This document shows, piece after piece, positions 54,801 to 64,000 of a DNA stretch of 64,000 bases. The translations under genes and the position numbers were made by a program. Location: the NCBI GenBank assembly GCA_964016885.1, contig OZ024749.1, forward strand, positions 17,918,001 through 17,982,000, read 5' to 3'. The notes under the pieces were generated by a model. That model saw only the letters and a list, made by a program, of their open reading frames with translations. It was not told the DNA's origin and did not search any database. How positions within the stretch are numbered: the first letter of the stretch is position 1; every line of letters begins with the position of its first letter. The DNA comes from Eledone cirrhosa. Its lineage: Eukaryota.

Positions 54801-57194
54801 TTACTTCTGATTTCGAAAACGTAAAATAATCTATTTTTCGAAAAACCTAAAATAATCTATTTTTTTGTACTTTTCGAAATATTTCAAAAATTGATTTTTT
54901 TTGAAATATTTACTTCTGATTTCAAAAACCTAAAATAATCTATTTTTCGAAAAACCTAAAATAATCTATTTTTCGAAAAACCTAAAATAATCTATTTTTT
55001 TGTACTTTTCGAAATATTTCAAAAATTGATTTTTTTTGAAATATTTACTTCTGATTTCAAAAACCTAAAATAATCTATTTTTCGAAAAACCTAAAATAAT
55101 CTATTTTTCGAAAAACCTTAATTAATCTATTTTTTTATACTTTTCGAAATATTTCAAAAATTGATTTTTTTGAAATATTTACTTCTGATTTCAAAAACCT
55201 AAATTAATCTATTTTTCGAAAAACCTAAAATAATCTAATTTTTTGTACTTTTCGAAATATTTCAAAAATTGATTTTTTTTGAAATATTTACTTCTGATTT
55301 CAAAAACCTAAAATAATCTATTTTTCGAAAAACCTAAAATAATCTATTTTTCGAAAAACCTTAATTAATATATTTTTTTATACTTTTCGAAATATTTCAA
55401 AAATTGATTTTTTTGAAATATTTACTTCTGATTTCAAAAACCTAAAATAATCTATTTTTTTTATACTTTTCGAAATATTTCAAAAATTGATTTTTTTGAA
55501 ATATTTACTTCTGATTTCAAAAACCTGAAATAATCTATTTTTCGAAAAACCTAAAATAATCTATTTTTTTATACTTTTCGCAATATTTCAAAAATTGATT
55601 TTTTTTGAAATATTTACTTCTGATTTCAAAAACCTAAAATAATCTATTTTTCGAAAAACCTAAAATAATCTACTTTTTTATACTATTTTCGAAATATTTC
55701 AAAAATTGATTTTTTTTGAAATATTTACTTCTGATTTCAAAAACCTCAAAATAATCTATTTTTTTATACTTTTCGAAATATTTCAAAAATTGATTTTTTT
55801 TGAAATATTTACTTCTAATTTCAAAAACCTCAAAATAATCTATTTTTTTATACTTTTCGAAATATTTCAAAAATTGATTTTTTTGAAATATTTACTTCTG
55901 ATTTCAAAAGCCTAAAATAATCTATTTTTCGAAAAACCCAAAATAATCTATTTTTTTATACTTTTCGAAATATTTCAAAAATTGATTTTTTTTGAAATAT
56001 TTACTTCTGATTTCAAAAACCTAAAATAATCTATTTTTTTATACTTTTCGAAATATTTCAAAAATTGATTTTTTTTTAAATATTTACTTCTGATTCCAAA
56101 AATCTAAAATAATCTATTTTTCGAAAAACCTAAAGTAATCTATTTTTTTATACTTTTCGAAATATTTCAAAAATTGATTTTTTTGAAATATTTACTTCTG
56201 ATTTCAAAAACCTAAAATAATCTATTTTTTTATGCTTTTCGAAATATTTCAAAAATTGATTTTTTTTGAAATATTTACTTCTGATTCCAAAAATCTATTT
56301 TTCGAAAAACCTAAAATAATCTATTTTTTCGACATATTTCAAAAATTGATTTTTTTGAAATATTTACTTCTAATTTCAAAAACCTAAAATAATGTATTTT
56401 TTTTATACTTTTCGAAATATTTCAAAAATTGATTTTTTTGAAATATTTACTTCTGATTTCAAAAACCTAAAATAATCTATTTTTCGAAAAACCTAAAATA
56501 ATATATTTTTTTATACTTTTCAAAATATTTCAAAAATTGATTTTTTTGAAATATTTACTTCTGATTTTAAAAACCTAAAATAATCTATTTTTTTATACTT
56601 TTCGAAATATTTCAAAAATTGATTTTTTTTCAAATATTTACTTCTGATTCCAAAAATCTAAAATAATCTATTTTTCGAAAAACCTAAAATAATCTATTTT
56701 TCGAAAAACCTAAAATAATCTATTTTTTTTATACTTTTCGAAATATTTCAAAAATTGATTTTTTTTGAAATATTTACTTCTAATTTCGAAAACGTAAAAT
56801 AATCTATTTTTCGAAAAACCTAAAATAATCTATTTTCTTATACTTTTCGAAATATTTCAAAAATTGATTTTTTTGAAATATTTACTTCTGATTTCAAAAA
56901 CCTAAAATAATCTATTTTTCGAAAAACCTAAAATAATCTATTTTTCGAAAAACCCAAAATAATCTATTTTTTTATACTTTTCGAAATATTTCAAAAATTG
57001 ATTTTTTTTGAAATATTTACTTCTGATTTCAAAAACCTAAAATAATCTATTTTTTTATACTTTTCGAAATATTTCAAAAATTGATTTTTTTTTAAATATT
57101 TACTTCTGATTCCAAAAATCTAAAATAATCTATTTTTCGAAAAACCTAAAGTAATCTATTTTTTTATACTTTTCGAAATATTTCAAAAATTGAT
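17853..57194. repeat. Near-tandem duplication with period 19716 bp (~17853-37478 and ~37569-57194)
   Basis: Markers at 18075/37791, 20745/40461, 24219/43935, 24342/44058, 35863/55579 and 36614/56330 are all offset by exactly 19716. So are the identical ORF pairs 35954/55670 and 35990/55706. Confidence 0.92.
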
Positions 57195-59300
57195 TTTTTT
57201 GAAATATTTACTTCTGATTTCAAAAACCTAAAATAATCTATTTTTTTATGCTTTTCGAAATATTTCAAAAATTGATTTTTTTTGAAATATTTACTTCTGA
57301 TTCCAAAAATCTATTTTTCGAAAAACCTAAAATAATCTATTTTTTCGACATATTTCAAAAATTGATTTTTTTGAAATATTTACTTCTAATTTCAAAAACC
57401 TAAAATAATGTATTTTTTTTATACTTTTCGAAATATTTCAAAAATTGATTTTTTTGAAATATTTACTTCTGATTTCAAAAACCTAAAATAATCTATTTTT
57501 CGAAAAACCTAAAATAATATATTTTTTTATACTTTTCAAAATATTTCAAAAATTGATTTTTTTGAAATATTTACTTCTGATTTTAAAAACCTAAAATAAT
57601 CTATTTTTTTATACTTTTCGAAATATTTCAAAAATTGATTTTTTTTCAAATATTTACTTCTGATTCCAAAAATCTAAAATAATCTATTTTTCGAAAAACC
57701 TAAAATAATCTATTTTTCGAAAAACCTAAAATAATCTATTTTTTTTATACTTTTCGAAATATTTCAAAAATTGATTTTTTTTGAAATATTTACTTCTAAT
57801 TTCGAAAACGTAAAATAATCTATTTTTCGAAAAACCTAAAATAATCTATTTTCTTATACTTTTCGAAATATTTCAAAAATTGATTTTTTTGAAATATTTA
57901 CTTCTGATTTCAAAAACCTAAAATAATCTATTTTTCGAAAAACCTAAAATAATCTATTTTTCGAAAAACCTAAAATAATATATTTTTTTATACTTTTCAA
58001 AATATTTCAAAAATTGATTTTTTTGAAATATTTACTTCTGATTTCAAAAACCTAAAATAATCTATTTTTCGAAAAACCTAAAATAATCTATTTTTCGAAA
58101 AACCTAAAATAATCTATTTTTTTATACTTTTCGAAATATTTCAAAAATTGATTTTTTTGAAATATTTACTTCTGATTCCAAAAATCTAAAATAATCTATT
58201 TTTCGAAAAACCTTAATTAATCTATTTTTTTATACTTTTCGAAATATTTCAAAAATTGATTTTTTTTGAAATATTTACTTCTGATTTCAAAAACCTAAAA
58301 TAATCTATTTTTCGAAAAACCCAAAATAATCTATTTTTTTATACTTTTCGAAATATTTCAAAAATTGATTTTTTTGAAATATTTACTTCTGATTTAAAAA
58401 ACCTAAAATAATCTATTTTTTTATACTTTTCGAAATATTTCAAAAATTGATTTTTTTTTTAAATATTTACTTCTGATTTCAAAAACCTAAAATAATCTAT
58501 TTTTCGAAAAACCTAAAATAATATATTTTTTTATACTTTTCAAAATATTTCAAAAATTGATTTTTTTGAAATATTTACTTCTGATTTTAAAAACCTAAAA
58601 TAATCTATTTTTTTATACTTTTCGAAATATTTCAAAAATTGATTTTTTTTCAAATATTTACTTCTGATTCCAAAAATCTAAAATAATCTATTTTTCGAAA
58701 AACCTAAAATAATCTATTTTTCGAAAAACCTAAAATAATCTATTTTTTTTATACTTTTCGAAATATTTCAAAAATTGATTTTTTTTGAAATATTTACTTC
58801 TAATTTCGAAAACGTAAAATAATCTATTTTTCGAAAAACCTAAAATAATCTATTTTCTTATACTTTTCGAAATATTTCAAAAATTGATTTTTTTGAAATA
58901 TTTACTTCTGATTTCAAAAACCTAAAATAATCTATTTTTCGAAAAACCTAAAATAATCTATTTTTCGAAAAACCTAAAATAATATATTTTTTTATACTTT
59001 TCAAAATATTTCAAAAATTGATTTTTTTGAAATATTTACTTCTGATTTCAAAAACCTAAAATAATCTATTTTTCGAAAAACCTAAAATAATCTATTTTTC
59101 GAAAAACCTAAAATAATCTATTTTTTTATACTTTTCGAAATATTTCAAAAATTGATTTTTTTGAAATATTTACTTCTGATTCCAAAAATCTAAAATAATC
59201 TATTTTTCGAAAAACCTTAATTAATCTATTTTTTTATACTTTTCGAAATATTTCAAAAATTGATTTTTTTTGAAATATTTACTTCTGATTTCAAAAACCT
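55900..59300. repeat. Local ~1.0-kb higher-order repeats in satellite B (periods 1016 and ~1004 bp; boundaries approximate)
   Basis: aaagtaatc (56135/57151), atgctttt (56234/57250) and cgacat (56330/57346) are offset by 1016. tattttctta occurs at 56837, 57853 and 58857. Confidence 0.8.
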
Positions 59301-62300
59301 AAAATAATCTATTTTTTTATACTTTTCGAAATATTTCAAAAATTGATTTTTTTTTTAAATATTTACTTCTGATTCCAAAAATCTAAAATAATCTATTTTT
59401 CGAAAAACCTAAAATAATCTATTTTTCGAAAAACCTTAATTAATATATTTTTTTATACTTTTCGAAATATTTCAAAAATTGATTTTTTTGAAATATTTAC
59501 TTCTGATTTCAAAAACCTAAAATAATCTATTTTTTTTATACTTTTCGAAATATTTCAAAAATTGATTTTTTTGAAATATTTACTTCTGATTTCAAAAACC
59601 TGAAATAATCTATTTTTCGAAAAACCTAAAATAATCTATTTTTTTATACTTTTCGAAATATTTCAAAAATTGATTTTTTTGAAATATTTACTTCTGATTT
59701 CAAAAACCTAAAATAATCTATTTTTTTTATACTTTTCGAAATATTTCAAAAATTGATTTTTTTGAAATATTTACTTCTGATTTCAAAAACCTGAAATAAT
59801 CTATTTTTCGAAAAACCTAAAATAATCTATTTTTTTATACTTTTCGCAATATTTCAAAAATTGATTTTTTTTGAAATATTTACTTCTGATTTCAAAAACC
59901 TAAAATAATCTATTTTTCGAAAAACCTAAAATAATCTATTTTTCGAAAAACCTTAATTAATCTATTTTTTTATACTTTTCGAAATATTTCAAAAATTGAT
60001 TTTTTTTGAAATATTTACTTCTGATTTCAAAAACCTAAAATAATCTATTTTTTTATACTTTTCGAAATATTTCAAAAATTGATTTTTTTTTAAATATTTA
60101 CTTCTGATTCCAAAAATCTAAAATAATCTATTTTTCGAAAAACCTAAAATAATCTATTTTTCGAAAAACCTAAAATAATATATTTTTTTATACTTTTCAA
60201 AATATTTCAAAAATTGATTTTTTTGAAATATTTACTTCTGATTTCAAAAACCTTAAATAATCTATTTTTCGAAAAACCTAAAATAATATATTTTTCGAAA
60301 AACCTAAAATAATCTATTTTTTAATACTTTTCGAAATATTTCAAAAATTGATTTTTTTGAAATATTTACTTCTGATTTCGAAAACGTAAAATAATCTATT
60401 TTTCGAAAAACCTAAAATAATCTATTTTTTTATACTTTTCGAAATATTTCAAAAATTGATTTTTTTGAAATATTTACTTCTGATTTCAAAAACCTAAAAT
60501 AATCTATTTTTTTATACTTTTCGAAATATTTCTAAAATTGATTTTTTTGAAATATTTACTTCTGATTTCAAAAACCTAAAATAATCTATTTTTCGAAAAA
60601 CCTAAAATAATATATTTTTTTATACTTTTCAAAATATTTCAAAAATTGATTTTTTTGAAATATTTACTTCTGATTTTAAAAACCTAAAATAATCTATTTT
60701 TTTATACTTTTCGAAATATTTCAAAAATTGATTTTTTTTCAAATATTTACTTCTGATTCCAAAAATCTAAAATAATCTATTTTTCGAAAAACCTAAAATA
60801 ATCTATTTTTCGAAAGACCTAAAATAATCTATTTTTTTTATACTTTTCGAAATATTTCAAAAATTGATTTTTTTTGAAATATTTACTTCTGATTTCGAAA
60901 ACGTAAAATAATCTATTTTTCGAAAAACCTAAAATAATCTATTTTTTTGTACTTTTCGAAATATTTCAAAAATTGATTTTTTTTGAAATATTTACTTCTG
61001 ATTTCAAAAACCTAAAATAATCTATTTTTCGAAAAACATAAAATAATCTATTTTTCGAAAAACCTTAATTAATCTATTTTTTTATACTTTTCGAAATATT
61101 TCAAAAATTGATTTTTTTGAAATATTTACTTCTGATTTCAAAAGCCTAAAATAATCTATTTTTCGAAAAACCTAAAATAATCTATTTTTCGAAAAACCTT
61201 AATTAATCTATTTTTTTATACTTTTCGAAATATTTCAAAAATTGATTTTTTTGAAATATTTACTTCTGATTTCAAAAACCTAAAATAATCTATTTTTTTA
61301 TACTTTTCGAAATATTTCAAAAATTGATTTTTTTTTAAATATTTACTTCTGATTCCAAAAATCTAAAATAATCTATTTTTCGAAAAACCTAAAGTAATCT
61401 ATTTTTTTATACTTTTCGAAATATTTCAAAAATTGATTTTTTTGAAATATTTACTTCTGATTTCAAAAACCTAAAATAATCTATTTTTTTATGCTTTTCG
61501 AAATATTTCAAAAATTGATTTTTTTGAAATATTTACTTCTGATTTCAAAAACCTAAAATAATCTATTTATTTATACTTTTCGAAATATTTCAAAGATTGA
61601 TTTTTTTTGAAATATTTACTTCTGATTCCAAAAATCTATTTCTTCGAAAAACCTAAAATAATCTATTTTTTCGACATATTTCAAAAATTGATTTTTTTGA
61701 AATATTTACTTCTAATTTCAAAAACCTAAAATAATGTATTTTTTTTATACTTTTCGAAATATTTCAAAAATTGATTTTTTTGAAATATTTACTTCTGATT
61801 TCAAAAACCTAAAATAATCTATTTTTCGAAAAACCTAAAATAATATATTTTTTTATACTTTTCAAAATATTTCAAAAATTGATTTTTTTGAAATATTTAC
61901 TTCTGATTTTAAAAACCTAAAATAATCTATTTTTTTATACTTTTCGAAATATTTCAAAAATTGATTTTTTTTCAAATATTTACTTCTGATTCCAAAAATC
62001 TAAAATAATCTATTTTTCGAAAAACCTAAAATAATCTATTTTTTTTATACTTTTCGAAATATTTCAAAAATTGATTTTTTTTGAAATATTTACTTCTAAT
62101 TTCGAAAACGTAAAATAATCTATTTTTCGAAAAACCTAAAATAATCTATTTTCTTATACTTTTCGAAATATTTCAAAAATTGATTTTTTTGAAATATTTA
62201 CTTCTGATTTCAAAAACCTAAAATAATCTATTTTTCGAAAAACCTAAAATAATCTATTTTTCGAAAAACCTAAAATAATCTATTTTTTTATACTTTTCGA

Positions 62301-64000
62301 AATATTTCAAAAATTGATTTTTTTGAAATATTTACTTCTGATTCCAAAAATCTAAAATAATCTATTTTTCGAAAAACCTTAATTAACCTATTTTTTTATA
62401 CTTTTCGAAATATTTCAAAAATTGATTTTTTTTGAAATATTTACTTCTGATTTCAAAAACCTAAAATAATCTATTTTTCGAAAAACCCAAAATAATCTAT
62501 TTTTTTATACTTTTCGAAATATTTCAAAAATTGATTTTTTTGAAATATTTACTTCTGATTTAAAAAACCTAAAATAATCTATTTTTTTATACTTTTCGAA
62601 ATATTTCAAAAATTGATTTTTTTTTTAAATATTTACTTCTGATTCCAAAAATCTAAAATAATCTATTTTTCGAAAAACCTAAAATAATCTATTTTTCGAA
62701 AAACCTTAATTAATATATTTTTTTATACTTTTCGAAATATTTCAAAAATTGATTTTTTTGAAATATTTACTTCTGATTTCAAAAACCTAAAATAATCTAT
62801 TTTTTTTATACTTTTCGAAATATTTCAAAAATTGATTTTTTTGAAATATTTACTTCTGATTTCAAAAACCTGAAATAATCTATTTTTCGAAAAACCTAAA
62901 ATAATCTATTTTTTTATACTTTTCGAAATATTTCAAAAATTGATTTTTTTGAAATATTTACTTCTGATTTCAAAAACCTAAAATAATCTATTTTTTTTAT
63001 ACTTTTCGAAATATTTCAAAAATTGATTTTTTTGAAATATTTACTTCTGATTTCAAAAACCTGAAATAATCTATTTTTCGAAAAACCTAAAATAATCTAT
63101 TTTTTTATACTTTTCGCAATATTTCAAAAATTGATTTTTTTTGAAATATTTACTTCTGATTTCAAAAACCTAAAATAATCTATTTTTCGAAAAACCTAAA
63201 ATAATCTATTTTTCGAAAAACCTTAATTAATCTATTTTTTTATACTTTTCGAAATATTTCAAAAATTGATTTTTTTTGAAATATTTACTTCTGATTTCAA
63301 AAACCTAAAATAATCTATTTTTCGAAAAACCCAAAATAATCTATTTTTTTATACTTTTCGAAATATTTCAAAAATTGATTTTTTTTGAAATATTTACTTC
63401 TGATTTCAAAAACCTAAAATAATCTATTTTTTTATACTTTTCGAAATATTTCAAAAATTGATTTTTTTTTAAATATTTACTTCTGATTCCAAAAATCTAA
63501 AATAATCTATTTTTCGAAAAACCTAAAATAATCTATTTTTCGAAAAACCTAAAATAATATATTTTTTTATACTTTTCAAAATATTTCAAAAATTGATTTT
63601 TTTGAAATATTTACTTCTGATTTCAAAAACCTAAAATAATCTATTTTTCGAAAAACCTAAAATAATATATTTTTCGAAAAACCTAAAATAATCTATTTTT
63701 TAATACTTTTCGAAATATTTCAAAAATTGATTTTTTTGAAATATTTACTTCTGATTTCGAAAACGTAAAATAATCTATTTTTCGAAAAACCTAAAATAAT
63801 CTATTTTTTTATACTTTTCGAAATATTTCAAAAATTGATTTTTTTGAAATATTTACTTCTGATTTCAAAAACCTAAAATAATCTATTTTTTTATACTTTT
63901 CGAAATATTTCTAAAATTGATTTTTTTGAAATATTTACTTCTGATTTCAAAAACCTAAAATAATCTATTTTTCGAAAAACCTAAAATAATATATTTTTTT

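Larger units (their letters stand above)
4641..64000. repeat. Satellite B: AT-rich tandem array with an 82-bp core and 0-2 extra 26-bp sub-units (82/108/134 bp, +/-1-2 from T-tracts); roughly 550-600 monomers (estimate)
   Basis: The core is aaaattgatttttttgaaatatttacttctgatttcaaaaacctaaaataatctatttttttatacttttcgaaatatttca (13 G+C in 82). The anchor tacttctg at 6551, 6633 and 6741 gives spacings of 82 and 108. The sub-unit cgaaaaacctaaaataatctattttt at 5022 and 5048 gives 26. I saw one orientation throughout and no foreign insertion. Confidence 0.99.

Noticed and set aside
55670-55915. Second copy of the same ORF pair
   Set aside because: It is a by-product of the 19716-bp duplication, not independent conservation.
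4641-64000. CRISPR-like array (26-bp partly palindromic repeat)
   Set aside because: The intervening sequences are near-identical rather than unique spacers, repeats often abut directly, and there are no cas genes or leader.
4641-64000. True telomeric repeat tract, or bacterial terminators, promoters and iterons
   Set aside because: cctaa is never in direct tandem. The hairpins and TATA-like words are by-products of an AT-rich satellite with no associated genes.
1-64000. Assignment to a named satellite family, taxon or functional centromere
   Set aside because: I do not recognise either consensus. This needs database searches and chromatin data that I cannot run.

Overview
The window is entirely non-coding tandem repeat DNA, most likely eukaryotic heterochromatin; the organism cannot be identified from the sequence. 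It holds two abutting satellite arrays. Satellite A (1-~4640) has 14 complete units of 178-426 bp (core ~310-330 bp). Each full-length unit has a variable (CT)n tract and an internal 25-bp duplication; there is an optional 56-bp module and a recurrent deletion variant. Satellite B (~4641-64000, running off the window end) is ~16% GC. It is built from an 82-bp core plus 0, 1 or 2 extra copies of a 26-bp sub-unit (82/108/134 bp). B is almost fully tiled by overlapping dyad symmetries. It shows nested tandem duplications with periods of about 460, 813, 951, 1016, 5367, 9684-10093 and 19716 bp, measured by hand from diagnostic variants. No gene, RNA gene, CRISPR array or recognisable transposon is supported, and all listed ORFs are repeat artefacts. 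I cannot support a novel gene system here. The interest lies in the array architecture, the junction and the structural properties of the monomers.
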